Numbered from the stretch's first letter, positions 10,624-23,333 are shown. The stretch: DNA of 32,000 bases from Pseudomonas aeruginosa (GCF_001457615.1 NZ_LN831024.1:30001-62000); one strand, 5' to 3'. Numbers and translations are program-made. Notes: generated by a model from the sequence alone, not told the origin.

Positions 10624-12312
10624 GTGGCTCTCCATCGCCTGGCCTTTATCTTCCTGTGCCTGCCGCTCATGGCCAGCGCCGCCCCCTTCACCTCCCCCGG
10701 CGACCGCGACCTGATCCGCGACCGCCAGCAGCGCCTGCTGGACGAACAGCGCAAGCGCCTGGAGGAACTCCAGCAACTGCCCGGCAAGGGAGCGCCCGCC
10801 GCTGCGGATGCCTCCGGCGACGACGAGCGCTGCTTCGAGATCCGCCGCATCGAGCTGGAAGGCGCCGGGCACCTCGGCGAAAGCGCGCGTCGCCAACTGC
10901 TGGCGCCCTACCAGGGGCGCTGCCTGGGCGTCGGCCAGCTCAATGCGCTGCTCAAGGCCGTCACCGACCATTACCTGGATCGCGGCTACGTCACCACCCG
11001 TGCCTACCTGCCACAGCAGGACCTGGCCTCCGCGACCCTGCGCATCATCGTCGTCGAAGGCCGCCTGGAGGGCCTGGACAGCTCCGCGCTGGCCAGCCCG
11101 CGCGAACTGGCGATGAGCTTTCCGGGCAGGACTGGCGAGTTGCTCGACCTGCGCGAGCTGGAGCAACTGGTCGACCAGTTGAGCCGCCTGCCGTCGCGCC
11201 AGGCGCAACTGGAGCTGGTGCCCGGCAGCGAGGTCGGCGGCAGCCGGGTGCGTCTCAAGGGCGAGCGCGACAAGCCCTGGCGGGTCTCCGCCACGCGCAA
11301 CAACGACGGCGACGTCAGTACCGGCGAGCAGCAGATGGGCCTGGGCCTGGACTGGGACAGCCCGCTGGGCCTGGCCGACCAGCTCAACCTGCGCGCCAAC
11401 CGCGACGCGGTGACCGACCGCTGGCGCCATTCCGACAGCCAGAGCCTGTTCTACAGCCTGCCCTGGGGCTGGTGGACCTTCACCTACGGCTACAGCCAGA
11501 GCGACTACCGCACGCGCAACGAGGCCAGCGGCTTCCCCTTCAAGCTCGATGGCGACAGCCGCAGCCACCAGTTCCGCGCCGAACGCGTGCTGCACCGCGA
11601 CGGTGTGAGCAAGACCGCCATGAGCCTGGGGCTCAGCCACCAGCGCACCAACAACTATGTCGAAGACACCCGCCTGGAAGACCAGAGCACGCGGATCACC
11701 GAGACCCAGCTCGGCTTCAACCATGGCCGGCGGATCGGCAGCGGTTTCGTCTACCTCGACCTCGGCTGGCAGCAGGGCATCGGCGCCCTTGGCGCGCAGG
11801 GTCGCGGCCACCCGCAGGCGGGCGATCCGAATGCGCGCTACGACAAGTACAGCCTGACCCTCAGCTACCTGCAGCCGTTCCAGCTATGGGGCGAGCGCTT
11901 CAGCTTCGACAGCCTGGCCACCGGGCAGAGGAGCGAGGACGTGCTGTTCAGCCCGCAGCGCATCAGCCTCGGCGGCAACAGCTCGGTGCGCGGCTTCAAG
12001 GACCAGACCCTGACCGGCGACAGCGGCGGCTACTGGCGCAACCAGTTGCGCTGGCGGCGCGCGGTGGAGTGGGCGCCGCTGCGGCCCTGGCTGCAGGAAT
12101 ACGGCGTGGCCTTCGCCTACGACGTCGGCGTGATCCGCCACGACCGCTACAACGACGGCGCCAGCGGGCGCATGAGCGGCAACGCCATCGAACTGGATGC
12201 CCGCGGCCGCTATTTCGCCGCCAGCGTCGGCTTCGCCCGCTCGCTGGAGCGGCCCAGCGCCATCGAGCGGCGCGAGCACCCGATCTATTTCCGGGTCGAC
12301 GCGTTCTTCTGA
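10624..12312 (+). CDS. cdiB: CdiB/TpsB outer-membrane two-partner secretion transporter (ShlB/FhaC/HecB family)
   Basis: Likely GTG start at 10624 (VALHRLAFIFLCLPLMASAAPF signal peptide, upstream AAGGAA); POTRA-like CFEIRRIELEGAGHL...LLAPYQGRCLGVGQLNALLKAVTDHYLDRGYVTTRAYLP; C-terminus ends in F (YFRVDAFF) as in Omp85/TpsB barrels; directly upstream of TpsA. Confidence 0.92.
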   Translation: MALHRLAFIFLCLPLMASAAPFTSPGDRDLIRDRQQRLLDEQRKRLEELQQLPGKGAPAAADASGDDERCFEIRRIELEGAGHLGESARRQLLAPYQGRCLGVGQLNALLKAVTDHYLDRGYVTTRAYLPQQDLASATLRIIVVEGRLEGLDSSALASPRELAMSFPGRTGELLDLRELEQLVDQLSRLPSRQAQLELVPGSEVGGSRVRLKGERDKPWRVSATRNNDGDVSTGEQQMGLGLDWDSPLGLADQLNLRANRDAVTDRWRHSDSQSLFYSLPWGWWTFTYGYSQSDYRTRNEASGFPFKLDGDSRSHQFRAERVLHRDGVSKTAMSLGLSHQRTNNYVEDTRLEDQSTRITETQLGFNHGRRIGSGFVYLDLGWQQGIGALGAQGRGHPQAGDPNARYDKYSLTLSYLQPFQLWGERFSFDSLATGQRSEDVLFSPQRISLGGNSSVRGFKDQTLTGDSGGYWRNQLRWRRAVEWAPLRPWLQEYGVAFAYDVGVIRHDRYNDGASGRMSGNAIELDARGRYFAASVGFARSLERPSAIERREHPIYFRVDAFF

Positions 12313-12424
12313 AGACGCGGCGACCTCCTGAACGCTTTAGGAAAGCGCCTACCTGCATCGAGGCCCTTTCCTTGGAAAACCTTGCTTAACCTCGCCGGGC
12401 CCCTACCCGCCAAGGAGTAACGAT

Positions 12425-15400
12425 ATGGACATCCGCAGCCCGCTGAACCAGTGCATCGCCCTGTCCCTGGCCGGCATCCTGTTCCTCAACCCGATCGTCG
12501 CCGCGGCGGCGGGGCTGGCGCTGGACAAGGCCGCCGGCGGCAACACCGGCCTGGGCCAGGCGGGCAACGGCGTGCCCGTCGTCAATATCGCCACGCCCAA
12601 CGGCGCCGGGCTGTCGAACAACCATTTCCGCGACTACAACGTCGGCGCCAACGGGCTGATCCTCAACAACGCCACCGGCAAGACCCAGGGTACCCAGCTC
12701 GGCGGGATCATCCTCGGCAACCCCAACCTCAAGGGCCAGGCGGCGCAGGTGATCCTCAACCAGGTCACCGGCGGCAACCGCAGCACCCTGGCCGGCTACA
12801 CCGAGGTGGCCGGGCAGTCGGCGCGGGTGATCGTCGCCAACCCGCACGGCATCACCTGCCAGGGCTGCGGCTTCATCAACACGCCGCGCGCGACCCTCAC
12901 CACCGGCAAGCCGATCATGGACGGCCAGCGCCTGGAGCGCTTCCAGGTGGACGGCGGCGACATCGTCGTCGAAGGCGCCGAACTGAACGTCGGCAACCTC
13001 GAACAGTTCGACCTGATCACCCGCAGCGCCAAGCTCAACGCCAAGCTCTACGCGAAGAACCTCAACATCGTCACCGGCCGCAACGACGTCCAGGCCGACA
13101 GCCTGCAGGCCACGCCGCGCGCCGCCGATGGCAGCGAGAAGCCGCAGCTGGCGATCGACAGCTCGGCGCTGGGCGGGATGTACGCCGGGGCGATCCGCCT
13201 GGTCGGCACCGAGCAGGGCGTGGGGGTGCGGCTGGCCGGCGACATGGCCGCCAGCGGCGGCGACATCCGCATCGACGCCAGCGGCAAGCTGAGCCTGGCC
13301 CAGGCCTCCAGCCAGGGCGACCTGAAGATCGCGGCCCAGGCCGTGGAGCTGAATGGCAAGACCTACGCCGGCGGCAGCGCCGAGATCCGCAGCGCGGAGG
13401 AACTGGTCAACCGGCAGAGCCTGGCGGCGCGCGAACGCATCGCGCTGGAGGCGGCGCATATCGACAACGCCGGGGTGATCGAAGCCGGCGTCGAGCCAGA
13501 CGAGCGGCGCAACGCGCGCGGCGACCTCGAGCTGCGCAGCGGCACCCTGCGCAACGCCGGCAGCCTGGTGGCCAGCCGCGCGCTGGAAGCGAAGGCGAGC
13601 CAGGCGCTGGACAACCAGGGCGGCAGCCTGAAGGGGGCGACCGTCCGGGTCGACGCCGGGCACCTGGACAACCGTGGCGGCAAGCTGCTCGCCGAGGGCG
13701 AACTGCGGGTCGAGGCGAGCAGCCTGGACAACCGCCAGGACGGCCTGTTGCAGAGCCGGGACCGCGCCGTGGTCAAGACCCGTGGCGATCTCGACAACCG
13801 TGGCGGCCAGGTGATCGGCCTGAACGACCTGGAGGTCGGCGCGGCGACGCTCGACAACGGCCAGCAAGGCCTGCTCGGCAGCCAGCAGTCCACCCGCGTC
13901 AGCGCCCAGGCGCTGGTCAACCGGGGAGACGGCGAAGTCTCCGGCAAGCGCGTCGAGGCCCGCGTCGGCAGCCTCGACAATCGCGGCGGCAAGCTGATCG
14001 GCGACGACCTGCTGGTGGTCGCCAGCGGTGCCATCGACAACCGCCTCGGCTTGTTCTCCGCGGCCAACCGCCTCGACCTGCGGGCGCGCAGCCTGGACAA
14101 CAGCGGCAAGGGCACGCTGAGCAGCCGGGGCGGCCTGGAGGTCAGCCTCGGCGGCCTGCTGGACAACCGCGATGAAGGCAACCTGCTCAGCCAGGGCGCG
14201 CAGCGCGTGACGGTGGGGCAACTGGACAACCGCGCCGGCGGCCTGCTGTCGAGCCGCAGCGAGTTGAACGTCCACGGCGCCAGCCTGGACAACCGTGGCG
14301 GCGTGCTGGTGGCCGACGCCGGCCTGAGCGCCACGGGAGGCGCCTTCGACAACCGCGACGGCGGCAGCGCCAGCGGCAAGGCTGGCGTGCGCGTGGAGGT
14401 CGCCAGCCTGCGCAACGACCAGGGTGGCAAGCTGCTCAGCGATGGCCGCCTGGACCTCGCAGCGAACGCCGTCGGCAACGCCGGAGGGCGTATCGCCGCC
14501 AAGGGCGACCTGCAGGCGACGCTTGGCAGCCTGGCCCAGCAAGGTGGCGAACTGGTCAGCGAAAAGACCCTGAAGGTCGCGGCCGACACGCTCGACAACA
14601 GCCAGTCCGGGCTGATCGCCGCGAATGGCGGCATCGCTATCGAGGCGCGGCAGGTCGACAACCGCGCCGGCGAGATTTCCAGCACCTCGAAGGTCGCCGT
14701 GAACGCCCGCGAGCAACTGGACAACCGCGGCGGCAAGGTTATCGGCGACAGCGGCCTGCGCCTCACCGTGCAGCGCCTGCTGAACCAGGCCAAGGGGGTG
14801 CTGGCCGGGCGCGACGGCCTGAGCCTGGACGGCGGCGAACTGTTCAACGGCGACGGCGGGCGGCTCGACAGCCAGAACAGCCTGAGCGTGAGCCTCGGCG
14901 GCGTGCTGGACAACCAGGGCGGCAGGCTGCTCAGCGATGCCGGCGTGACGCTGAAGGGCGCCAGCCTCGACAACAGCCGTTCCGGCGTGATCAGCGCCAA
15001 GGGTGCGGTGGATATCCGCACCGGCGTGCTGGACAACAGCCGCAACGGCGGCATCGGCAGCAACGCCGGCATCACCCTGGTGGCCGCCCGGCTGGACAAC
15101 GGCCAGCAGGGCCGGGTCAGCGCCAAGGGCCTGCTCGACGCCAACCTGAAAGGCCTCGACCAGCGCGGAGGCGGCGTCCTGGTCAGCGAAACCGGCGTCA
15201 CCCTCGACCTCAATGGCGGCACACTGGTCAACCGCGACGGCGGCCTGATCGCTACGCCCGGCGCGCTGCTGCTGCGCCAGCTCGGCGCGGTGGACAACGG
15301 CGCCGGCGGGGAAATCTCCAGCGACCGCGCCTTCACCCTCGCCGCCGCCAGCCTGGACAACCGCGGCGGGCGCCTGATCGGCGCCGCCAGCCTGACCCTG

Positions 15401-18400
15401 CGCATCGCCCAGGCCCTGGACAACAGCCTGGCCGGGGTGATCTCCGGCGCCGCCGGCCTGGACATCGCGGCCGCTCGCCTGGACAACAGCGCCAAGGGCA
15501 CCCTGGCCAGCCGCGCCGGCATCGACCTGCGCGTCGACGGCGCGCTGGACAACCACGCCGAAGGCACCGTTTCCGGCGCCCGCCTGACGCTCGCCAGCGC
15601 CTCGCTGGACAACAGCGGCAAGGGCCTGCTCTCCGGCAACGCCGGCCTGACCGTCGTCACTGGCGCGCTGGACAACGCCGAGGGTGGCCAACTGATCAGC
15701 CAGGGCGTGCTGGACGTCAGCAGCGCCGACCTCGACAACCGTGGCGGCGCCCTCAGTGGCAAGCAGTCGCTGCGCCTGAGCGCCGCCAACCTGGACAACC
15801 GTGGCGGCCTGCTGACCAGCGACGGCGAACTGGAACTGACGGCAGGGCGCGTCGACTCCGCCGACGGCGGCGAAATCTCCGCCCGGGGCGACCTGCGCCT
15901 GACGGTCGAGCGCCTGGTGCAACGCCAGGGCCGGCTGATCGGCGAGCGCGGCGTCAGTCTCGACCTGCGGGGTGGCGACCTGGATAACCAGGGCGGCCTG
16001 ATCAGTGCCCGCGGCCCGCTGAGCATCGAGCGGCTGAACGTCCTCGACAACCGCCAGGGCGGCGAGATTTCCAGCCAGCAGGGCTTCGAGCTGCTGGCCA
16101 GGCGCATCGACAACGGCCAGCAGGGGCGCATCATCAGCGCCGGGAAACTGCGCCTGGACGCCGACGCGCTGGGCAACGCCGGCGCCGGCCTGCTCTCCGG
16201 ATGGCAGGGCCTGACGGTGACAGGCGGGAGCCTGGACAACAGCGCCGGCGGCACCCTTTCGAGCAAGGACGGCGAGCTGGCCATCAGCCTCGGCGGCGCG
16301 CTGGACAACCACGGCCAGGGCGCCCTGGTCAGCAAGGGCGCGCAACGGATCGACGCCGCCAGCCTGGATAACGCCCAGGGCATTGTCTCCGGCGAAAGCG
16401 ACGTGACCCTGAGCATCGCCGGGAAGCTGGACAACGGCCAGGGCGGCCTGGTCTCGGCGCAGCGCGCGCTGAGCTTCGAGCGCGACGATACGCTGCTGAA
16501 CAACGCCGGCGGCCGGATCAACGGCGGCAGCCTGCTGCTCAAGGGCGCCAGCCTGGATAACAGCGACGGCCAGTTGATCAGCCAGGGCCGGCTCGACGCC
16601 ATCCTTGGCGGCGCCCTGGTCAACGCCGGCGCGGCGCGCCTGGCCAGCGGCGGCGACCTGCTGCTGCGCAGCGCCAGCGTCGACAACCGCGGCGGCAAGC
16701 TGGTCAGCCAGGGGCTGCTGGAGATCAGCGCCGGCAGCCTCGACAACAGCGCCTCCGGCACCCTCGCCAGCCAGGCCGGCATGAGCCTGCGCCTGGGCGG
16801 CGGCGCCCTGCGCAACCAGCAGGACGGCCTGATCTTCAGCCAGGCCGGCGCCCTCGAGGTGCAGGCCGGCAGCCTGGACAACCGCCAGGGCACGCTCCAG
16901 GCCCAGGGCGACAACCAGCTGCGTATCGGTGGCGCGCTGGACAACCAGGGCGGCCGCCTGGACAGCCGGGCCGGTAACCTCGACCTGCAGAGCGGCAGCC
17001 TCGACAACGGCGCCGGCGGCGTGCTCAACAGCGCCAAGGGTTGGCTGAAGCTGGTCACCGGGCTGTTCGACAACAGCGCCGGCGTCACCCAGGCGCAGTC
17101 GCTGGAAATCCGCGCCGGGCAAGGCGTGCGCAACCAGCAGGGCCATCTCTCGGCGCTGGGCGGCGACAACCGCATCGTCACCGCCGACTTCGACAACCAG
17201 GGCGGCGGCCTCTACGCCAGCGGCCTGCTCAGCCTCGACGGCCAGCGCTTCCTCAACCAGGGCGCGGCGGCGGGTCAGGGCGGCAAGGTCGGCGCCGGGC
17301 GCATCGACTTCAGCCTGGCCGGCGCGCTGGCCAACCGCTTCGGCCAGTTGGAAAGCGAAAGCGAGCTGCACCTGCGCGCCGCCGCGATCGACAACAGCGG
17401 CGGCAGCCTGCGCGCCCTCGGCCGCAGCGGCAGCACGCGGCTGGTCGCTGGCGGCCTGAACAACGCCTACGGCGTGCTGGAAAGCGCCAACCAGGACCTC
17501 GACCTGCAACTGGGCAGCCTGGCCAACGCCGGCGGGCGCATCCTCCACACCGGCAACGGCACCTTCGGCCTGGATTCCGGGCAGGTGATCCGCGCCGGCG
17601 GCGAACTGACCACCAATGGCCTGCTGGACATCCGCGCCAGCGAATGGACCAACAGCAGCGTGCTGCAAGCCGGACGCCTGAACCTGGACATCGGCACCTT
17701 CCGCCAGACGGCCGAGGGCAAGCTGCTGGCGGTGCAGTCCTTCACTGGCCGCGGCGGCGACTGGAGCAACGACGGCCTGCTGGCCAGCGACGGCAGCTTG
17801 CGACTCGAGCTGAGCGGCGGCTACCGTGGCAACGGCCGCGCCACCAGCCTCGGCGACTTCGCCCTGAACGCCGCCAGCCTCGACCTCGGCAACGCCGCCA
17901 GCCTCGCCGGCGGCGCCAATGTCACGCTCGGCGCCGGCAACCTGCTGGTCAACCGTGGGCGGATCACCGCCGCCGGCGACCTCGTGGCCAGCGCCGCGAG
18001 CCTGAACAACTACGGCACCCTGGGCGGCGGCGGCAACCTGCGATTGAACGCGCCCGCCCTGCTCAACGAGCGCGGGTTGCTGTTCAGTGGCGCCGACATG
18101 ACCCTGCGCGCCGGCGACATCACCAACCTCTACGGGGATGTGTACAGCCTCGGCAGGCTGGATATCGCCCGCGACGATGCCGGCAACCGTGCCGCCAGCC
18201 TGCGCAACCTTTCCGGGGTGATCGAGAGCGGCAAGGACTTCAGCCTGCGTGCCAGCCTGATCGAGAACCGTCGCGCCGTGCTGGAAAGCAAGTCGGGCCT
18301 GTACACCGCGAAGATGGAGCAGACCGCCTGCATCGAAGGCGTCAACGCGGGCGACTGCAGCGGCAAGCGCAACGCCATCTGGACCATCACCCAGCGCGAC

Positions 18401-21400
18401 AAGACCGAGGTCACCGCCAGCAGCGCCATGGGGCAACTGCTGGCCGGAGGCGACTTCGCCATCGACGGCGGCACCCTGAACAACCTTTCCAGCCTGATCG
18501 GCAGCGGCGGCAACCTCACCGCCAACCTCGAAGTCCTCGACAACCAGGGCCTGGAAACCGGCGAGCTGGAAACCATCCGCGTGCTGCGTACCGCTCGCGG
18601 CGGCGATATCGGCGGCATCGATCAGAAGTCGCGCAACTTCACCAACCTCTACTGGTACCAGAGCGCCAATTTCGACCCGGCGCGCGCGGGCGAGATCCCC
18701 GCCGCGCTCAACGCGATCCTCAGCGACTGGTCCTTCGAGTACGAATTCCCGAGCAAGGGGCCGACCCCGATCAGCAGTGGCGACCAGTCCTACGCAGCGG
18801 TGATCCAGGCCGCCGGCGACGTCACGGTCAATGCCAGCACGCGCATCGACAACGGCGTCACCCGCCCCGGCTACACCTTCGTCGGCAGCGGCCGCCAGGT
18901 GGGCGACAGCGCGGTGGGCGGCAGCGGGGTTTCGGTGGTCGTGCCGCTGACCTCGCAACTGCCGCCCGACCTGGCGCGGCGCCAGGTCAACCCGGTTACC
19001 CTGCCCGGCTTCAGCCTGCCCCAGGGTGACAACGGCCTGTTCCGTCTCAGCTCGCGCTTCGCCGAGGACGGCAATGGCAGCGCCGCGCTCGGTGCCGGCG
19101 CCGACCGCACCCAGGGCGGCAGCGGCGTCTCGGTCGGCCAGCAAGGCGCCGGCAACGTCGCCGGTACCTGGCAGGGCCAGGGCGTGCGAGTCGACGGCCT
19201 GGCTGGCGCGGCCAACGTCCAGGGTCAGGGCGGCAGCACGCTCGGCGGTAGCCTGCCGGGCGTCGCCCGGGTCCAGGGCGTGCCCGGCAACGCCACGCCG
19301 AGCGCCAGCCACAAGTACCTGATCGAGACCAACCCGGCGCTCACCGAACTGAAGCAGTTCCTCAACTCGGACTACCTGCTCAGCGGCCTGGGCATGAACC
19401 CGGACGCTAGCAAGAAGCGCCTCGGCGACGGTCTCTACGAGCAGCGGCTGATCCGCGACGCGGTGGTGGCGCGCACCGGCCAGCGCTACATCGATGGGCT
19501 GAGCAGCGACGAGGCGCTGTTCCGCTACCTGATGGACAACGCCATCGCTTACAAGGACCAACTGCACCTGCAACTGGGTGTGGGTCTGAGCGCGGAGCAG
19601 ATGGCGGCGCTGACCCACGACATCGTGTGGCTGGAAGAGGTCGAGGTGAACGGCGAGAAGGTCCTCGCGCCGGTGGTCTACCTGGCCCAGGCGGAGGGTC
19701 GGCTGGCACCCAACGGTGCGCTGATCCAGGGCCGCGACGTGAAGCTGGTGAGCGGCGGCGACCTGCATAACGTCGGCACCCTGCGCGCGCGGAACGACCT
19801 CTCGGCGACGGCCGACAACCTCGACAACAGCGGCCTGATCGAGGCCGGCAAGCGCCTCGACCTGCTCGCCGGCGACTCGATCCGCAACCGCCAGGGCGGG
19901 GTCATCGCCGGGCGTGACGTGAGCCTCACCGCGCTGACCGGCGACGTGATCAACGAACGCAGCGTGACCCGCTACGACAGCGCGCTCGACGGCCGCACCT
20001 GGGAGCGCAGCTTCGCCGACAGCGCCGCGCGGGTGGAGGCGGCGAACAGCCTGAACGTCCAGGCCGGACGCGACATCGCCAACCTCGGCGGGGTGCTGCA
20101 GAGTCGCGGCGACCTCAGCCTCGACGCCGGACGCGACGTCACCGTCGCCGCCGTCGAGGACCGCCAGGGCCAGACCCGCTGGAGCACGTCGCGGCTACAG
20201 AGCGTGACCCAGCTCGGCGCCGAAGTCAGTGCCGGGCGGGACCTGAACGTCAGCGCCGGGCGCGACCTCAGCGCAGTGGCCAGCGCCCTCGAAGCGCGCC
20301 GCGACATCGCCCTCTCCGCCGGGCGCGACGTGACCCTGGCGGCGGCGGCGAACGAGGAGCATGCCTACAGCAAGACCAGGAAGGTCACCTACCAGGAAGA
20401 CAAGGTCGCCCAGCAAGGCACCCGCGTGGACGCCGGCGGCGACCTGGCGATCAATGCCGGACAGGACCTGCGCCTGATCGCGAGCCAGGCCAGCGCCGGC
20501 GACGAGGCCTACCTGGTGGCCGGCGACAAGCTGGAACTGCTGGCCGCCAACGACAGCAACTACTACCTGTACGACAAGAAGAAGAAAGGCGACTTCGGCC
20601 GCAAGGAAACCCGGCGCGACGAAGTCACCGACGTCAAGGCGGTGGGCAGCCAGATCAGCAGCGGCGGCGACCTCACCCTGCTCAGCGGCGGCGACCAGAC
20701 CTACCAGGGCGCGAAGCTGGAATCGGGCAACGACCTGGCCATCGTCAGCGGCGGCGCGGTGACCTTCGACGCGGTGAAGGACCTGCACCAGGAGAGCCAC
20801 GAGAAGAGCAAGGGCGACCTGGCGTGGCAGTCGTCGAAGGGCAAGGGCCAGACCGACGAAACCGTGCGCCAGAGCCAGATCGTGGCCCAGGGGAATCTGG
20901 CGATCAAGGCCGTGGAAGGGCTGAAGATCGACCTCAAGCATATCGACCAGAAGACCGTGAGCCAGACCATCGACGCGATGGTGCAGGCGGATCCGCAACT
21001 GGCGTGGCTGAAGGAGGCCGAGCAGCGCGGGGATGTGGACTGGCGCATGGTGCAGGAGGTGCACGATAGCTGGAAGTACAGCAACTCGGGGTTGGGGGCT
21101 GCGCCGTCACTGGCCATTGCCATCGTTGCAGCTGCTTACCTCGGCCCGGTGTATGGCGCAATGGCCAGCAACCTCGCCATTGGCACCATCAACAATGGCG
21201 GTGACCTTGGCAAGGGGCTGCAACAGGCCACCAGCGCTGACAGTCTGAAAGGGTACGCCATCGCAGCGGCCACGGCTTATCTCGTCAGCCCGCAGTTGGA
21301 CAAGGCATTCGGCGTATCCAGTGACAACATCAACAAAGTCACCAAAGGATTCAAGCTCAGCACAGTTGAGGGAATCGGTGGATTTGCTGCCTACAGCATT

Positions 21401-22867
21401 GCCCAAGGCTTTGCTCAATCGGTCATGCAGCAGGCCGCCTATGGCGGCAGCTACATCGACAACCTCGGTAATGCCATGGCAGGTCAGGCGCGCAACCTGG
21501 GAATGGCGGTAGGTTTCAATTTCATTGGCGACTCGGTCAAATACCCTGATGGCAGCCCGCCGAAAATCATGGCTCACGCCCTGATGGGAGGTCTGCTGGC
21601 CGAAGCCTCCGGCAGTGACTTCAAGACTGGAGCGGCGGCCGCTGGTGCCAACGAGGCCATGATCAACCTCCTTGGGAAAATGGTAGGTGGCGATCAAAAC
21701 CTCGAACTGATGGCCTCGCAACTCGTTGGCGTAGCCGCGGCAAGTGCGGTCAATGGCGATGTGAGTCTGGGCGCCGAGATCGCCAAAAGCGGGACGGCGT
21801 ACAACCGGCAGCTACACCCAGATGAAATCAAATTCGCATCGGATGTGGAGCGCGTCAAACGTTATGCCCAGGAAAATGGGCTGAGCGAGGACACCGCCCG
21901 CAAAGAGCTTCTCAGCACGGCCGCCATGATGGTGGACAATGGCTGGAACCAGGCCTTGGCCGGCACAGACATCAACGCTGCCCGGGCTGCTCAGTATCTG
22001 CGTACGGAGCTGGGCACAGGCCCGGACAGCAATCTCTTCCAGGTGACCCAGGCTGACTACTACAACGAGCGGGTGGGGCTGACGGCGCTATTCAAGAACA
22101 AGGAGGCCCTGACCAGCGTTCTGGAAAACATAGCCCTAGCGAATCCCGCGAGCTATACGAGGGACCCCGCGAACCGTGCGGAAGTGCTGAATGCCAAAGG
22201 TGAAGGTAGCCAAGCGGGCTTTGGGCTGGCACTGGAAGGGATCGTCAGCGCGCCTTCAAAAACTGCCTTGTGGTTGATGGGTGCGCTAACCTGTTCAAGC
22301 TGTGCGGAGCGGGATATCCAGAACGCTTGGAACTCGGTTGCCTCGTTACCTGAAGACATCCGTATGAAAGGCTATCTGGATGCCTTGCACACCATGCAAG
22401 GCCAGGGTGCCAGCGTGGTGCGGGACAACGCCGCGAGTTCGACTGCATTGGGAGTTGAGGTTGGGCTGGCCATTGATGGAGGGTTGGCAGGGGCAGGCAA
22501 GGGCGTCGTTACGGATGGTCCGAAAGGAATACTTACACTGAAAGATTTTCCTGATGTCTCTACCAAGATAAGCCAGAAGCAGCTTCGCCATATTGCTGGA
22601 ACACAGCAGCTTGAGGCACGGGGAGGCGGTGGTTTCTTAAACAGTGTCTCTGATGCTCAAAAAGTGCTTGATGCCTACCATACCGGCCAAGTGAAAATCC
22701 TAGGGAGAAATGCTCAGGGATTCCCAGTAGTCAAGTTTGAGGGCGTTACTGGAACTAACGTTAATCTCGGTGTTGGTATAACTGATCAGGCAACCAATGT
22801 ATTTATTATCAAGGGCACAAAGAGTCCAAGTATTGTCCCTACAAATCCAAACTGGAGTCCCAAATGA
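12425..22867 (+). CDS. cdiA: CdiA/TpsA-type filamentous haemagglutinin-family contact-dependent inhibition effector, 3480 aa
   Basis: TPS domain ([34 protein letters not shown]...[29 protein letters not shown]), long LDNRGG/LDN repeat tract, second FHA repeat region ([15 protein letters not shown]), pre-toxin region, short C-terminal domain; paired with cdiB upstream. Confidence 0.94.
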   Translation: MDIRSPLNQCIALSLAGILFLNPIVAAAAGLALDKAAGGNTGLGQAGNGVPVVNIATPNGAGLSNNHFRDYNVGANGLILNNATGKTQGTQLGGIILGNPNLKGQAAQVILNQVTGGNRSTLAGYTEVAGQSARVIVANPHGITCQGCGFINTPRATLTTGKPIMDGQRLERFQVDGGDIVVEGAELNVGNLEQFDLITRSAKLNAKLYAKNLNIVTGRNDVQADSLQATPRAADGSEKPQLAIDSSALGGMYAGAIRLVGTEQGVGVRLAGDMAASGGDIRIDASGKLSLAQASSQGDLKIAAQAVELNGKTYAGGSAEIRSAEELVNRQSLAARERIALEAAHIDNAGVIEAGVEPDERRNARGDLELRSGTLRNAGSLVASRALEAKASQALDNQGGSLKGATVRVDAGHLDNRGGKLLAEGELRVEASSLDNRQDGLLQSRDRAVVKTRGDLDNRGGQVIGLNDLEVGAATLDNGQQGLLGSQQSTRVSAQALVNRGDGEVSGKRVEARVGSLDNRGGKLIGDDLLVVASGAIDNRLGLFSAANRLDLRARSLDNSGKGTLSSRGGLEVSLGGLLDNRDEGNLLSQGAQRVTVGQLDNRAGGLLSSRSELNVHGASLDNRGGVLVADAGLSATGGAFDNRDGGSASGKAGVRVEVASLRNDQGGKLLSDGRLDLAANAVGNAGGRIAAKGDLQATLGSLAQQGGELVSEKTLKVAADTLDNSQSGLIAANGGIAIEARQVDNRAGEISSTSKVAVNAREQLDNRGGKVIGDSGLRLTVQRLLNQAKGVLAGRDGLSLDGGELFNGDGGRLDSQNSLSVSLGGVLDNQGGRLLSDAGVTLKGASLDNSRSGVISAKGAVDIRTGVLDNSRNGGIGSNAGITLVAARLDNGQQGRVSAKGLLDANLKGLDQRGGGVLVSETGVTLDLNGGTLVNRDGGLIATPGALLLRQLGAVDNGAGGEISSDRAFTLAAASLDNRGGRLIGAASLTLRIAQALDNSLAGVISGAAGLDIAAARLDNSAKGTLASRAGIDLRVDGALDNHAEGTVSGARLTLASASLDNSGKGLLSGNAGLTVVTGALDNAEGGQLISQGVLDVSSADLDNRGGALSGKQSLRLSAANLDNRGGLLTSDGELELTAGRVDSADGGEISARGDLRLTVERLVQRQGRLIGERGVSLDLRGGDLDNQGGLISARGPLSIERLNVLDNRQGGEISSQQGFELLARRIDNGQQGRIISAGKLRLDADALGNAGAGLLSGWQGLTVTGGSLDNSAGGTLSSKDGELAISLGGALDNHGQGALVSKGAQRIDAASLDNAQGIVSGESDVTLSIAGKLDNGQGGLVSAQRALSFERDDTLLNNAGGRINGGSLLLKGASLDNSDGQLISQGRLDAILGGALVNAGAARLASGGDLLLRSASVDNRGGKLVSQGLLEISAGSLDNSASGTLASQAGMSLRLGGGALRNQQDGLIFSQAGALEVQAGSLDNRQGTLQAQGDNQLRIGGALDNQGGRLDSRAGNLDLQSGSLDNGAGGVLNSAKGWLKLVTGLFDNSAGVTQAQSLEIRAGQGVRNQQGHLSALGGDNRIVTADFDNQGGGLYASGLLSLDGQRFLNQGAAAGQGGKVGAGRIDFSLAGALANRFGQLESESELHLRAAAIDNSGGSLRALGRSGSTRLVAGGLNNAYGVLESANQDLDLQLGSLANAGGRILHTGNGTFGLDSGQVIRAGGELTTNGLLDIRASEWTNSSVLQAGRLNLDIGTFRQTAEGKLLAVQSFTGRGGDWSNDGLLASDGSLRLELSGGYRGNGRATSLGDFALNAASLDLGNAASLAGGANVTLGAGNLLVNRGRITAAGDLVASAASLNNYGTLGGGGNLRLNAPALLNERGLLFSGADMTLRAGDITNLYGDVYSLGRLDIARDDAGNRAASLRNLSGVIESGKDFSLRASLIENRRAVLESKSGLYTAKMEQTACIEGVNAGDCSGKRNAIWTITQRDKTEVTASSAMGQLLAGGDFAIDGGTLNNLSSLIGSGGNLTANLEVLDNQGLETGELETIRVLRTARGGDIGGIDQKSRNFTNLYWYQSANFDPARAGEIPAALNAILSDWSFEYEFPSKGPTPISSGDQSYAAVIQAAGDVTVNASTRIDNGVTRPGYTFVGSGRQVGDSAVGGSGVSVVVPLTSQLPPDLARRQVNPVTLPGFSLPQGDNGLFRLSSRFAEDGNGSAALGAGADRTQGGSGVSVGQQGAGNVAGTWQGQGVRVDGLAGAANVQGQGGSTLGGSLPGVARVQGVPGNATPSASHKYLIETNPALTELKQFLNSDYLLSGLGMNPDASKKRLGDGLYEQRLIRDAVVARTGQRYIDGLSSDEALFRYLMDNAIAYKDQLHLQLGVGLSAEQMAALTHDIVWLEEVEVNGEKVLAPVVYLAQAEGRLAPNGALIQGRDVKLVSGGDLHNVGTLRARNDLSATADNLDNSGLIEAGKRLDLLAGDSIRNRQGGVIAGRDVSLTALTGDVINERSVTRYDSALDGRTWERSFADSAARVEAANSLNVQAGRDIANLGGVLQSRGDLSLDAGRDVTVAAVEDRQGQTRWSTSRLQSVTQLGAEVSAGRDLNVSAGRDLSAVASALEARRDIALSAGRDVTLAAAANEEHAYSKTRKVTYQEDKVAQQGTRVDAGGDLAINAGQDLRLIASQASAGDEAYLVAGDKLELLAANDSNYYLYDKKKKGDFGRKETRRDEVTDVKAVGSQISSGGDLTLLSGGDQTYQGAKLESGNDLAIVSGGAVTFDAVKDLHQESHEKSKGDLAWQSSKGKGQTDETVRQSQIVAQGNLAIKAVEGLKIDLKHIDQKTVSQTIDAMVQADPQLAWLKEAEQRGDVDWRMVQEVHDSWKYSNSGLGAAPSLAIAIVAAAYLGPVYGAMASNLAIGTINNGGDLGKGLQQATSADSLKGYAIAAATAYLVSPQLDKAFGVSSDNINKVTKGFKLSTVEGIGGFAAYSIAQGFAQSVMQQAAYGGSYIDNLGNAMAGQARNLGMAVGFNFIGDSVKYPDGSPPKIMAHALMGGLLAEASGSDFKTGAAAAGANEAMINLLGKMVGGDQNLELMASQLVGVAAASAVNGDVSLGAEIAKSGTAYNRQLHPDEIKFASDVERVKRYAQENGLSEDTARKELLSTAAMMVDNGWNQALAGTDINAARAAQYLRTELGTGPDSNLFQVTQADYYNERVGLTALFKNKEALTSVLENIALANPASYTRDPANRAEVLNAKGEGSQAGFGLALEGIVSAPSKTALWLMGALTCSSCAERDIQNAWNSVASLPEDIRMKGYLDALHTMQGQGASVVRDNAASSTALGVEVGLAIDGGLAGAGKGVVTDGPKGILTLKDFPDVSTKISQKQLRHIAGTQQLEARGGGGFLNSVSDAQKVLDAYHTGQVKILGRNAQGFPVVKFEGVTGTNVNLGVGITDQATNVFIIKGTKSPSIVPTNPNWSPK
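13600..17450 (+). repeat. FHA beta-helix repeat tract within cdiA (about 20-22 aa unit, LDNxxGGxLxSxxGLxLxAxx)
   Basis: Dozens of degenerate in-frame units containing LDN(R/S)GG; boundaries approximate. Confidence 0.85.
22565..22864 (+). other. C-terminal toxin-like domain of CdiA (CdiA-CT)
   Basis: [100 protein letters not shown]; KQxxHI...[13 protein letters not shown] resembles small toxin domains of the polymorphic toxin type 50 / BECR kind (assignment tentative); lower-GC than the rest of cdiA. Confidence 0.65.
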
Positions 22868-23181
22868 GTAGCCAGCCAACGTTGGAAGAATGGAATTTTC
22901 AAGTGTTAATGCTAATTCAAGCGTTGGTAGGTGCGATATCTGCCAATTTTAGAATGATTGCATTGTTATGGGATGGCGATGAGTGGGTATTGAGATTTTA
23001 TCTTGAAGAGAGCAACGAAGAGGACGTTGAGGAGATTGAGGATGTTGTTTGCCAATATACGGCATATCAGGGCTCTAGTTTGAGATGCAGGTCTGAGTTG
23101 ATCGTGGGGCGTGAACGCCTTCCGGGGCTTTCGGAGGTGGGTAGGGTTGTATACCGTCGCAGAGAGTCTTTTGATATTTAG
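22864..23181 (+). CDS. cdiI: Candidate cognate CdiI immunity protein
   Basis: 105-aa acidic ORF ([62 protein letters not shown]) whose ATG overlaps the cdiA stop by 4 bp (ATGA). Confidence 0.8.
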   Translation: MSSQPTLEEWNFQVLMLIQALVGAISANFRMIALLWDGDEWVLRFYLEESNEEDVEEIEDVVCQYTAYQGSSLRCRSELIVGRERLPGLSEVGRVVYRRRESFDI

Positions 23182-23183
23182 TT

Positions 23184-23333
23184 GGGGCAAAAGGTAGCTC
23201 CGGCGCAGAAAGTGCTATCAATCAAGGCAGGCTTAATTCTCAGCTCCTGTCTGAGGAGGTTGCGAATGGCCACGCGTTCCAGAAACATTTAGTCGAACGG
23301 CAAGAGTTTGTTGATCTTGCGCCAACAGCATAA
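23184..23333 (+). pseudogene. Orphan CdiA-CT-like toxin fragment, truncated at the RAYT element
   Basis: Open frame without start: GAKGSSGAESAINQGRLNSQLLSEEVANGHAFQKHLVERQEFVDLAPTA*; the GHAFxKHxxxxxEF motif is familiar from C-terminal domains of CDI/Rhs toxins; open frame ends exactly where the AAAGGGGACAG element end begins. Confidence 0.6.

Noticed and set aside
13600-17450. CRISPR-like or tandem-repeat array
   Set aside because: Repeats are degenerate, in-frame, protein-coding FHA units; no constant repeat with unique spacers. No CRISPR array was recognised elsewhere either.
12386-19768. Minus-strand ORF of 2460 aa as a real gene
   Set aside because: Low-complexity QLAAGVQ/VVQAG-type composition, entirely antisense to a well-supported cdiA; expected in high-GC repeats.
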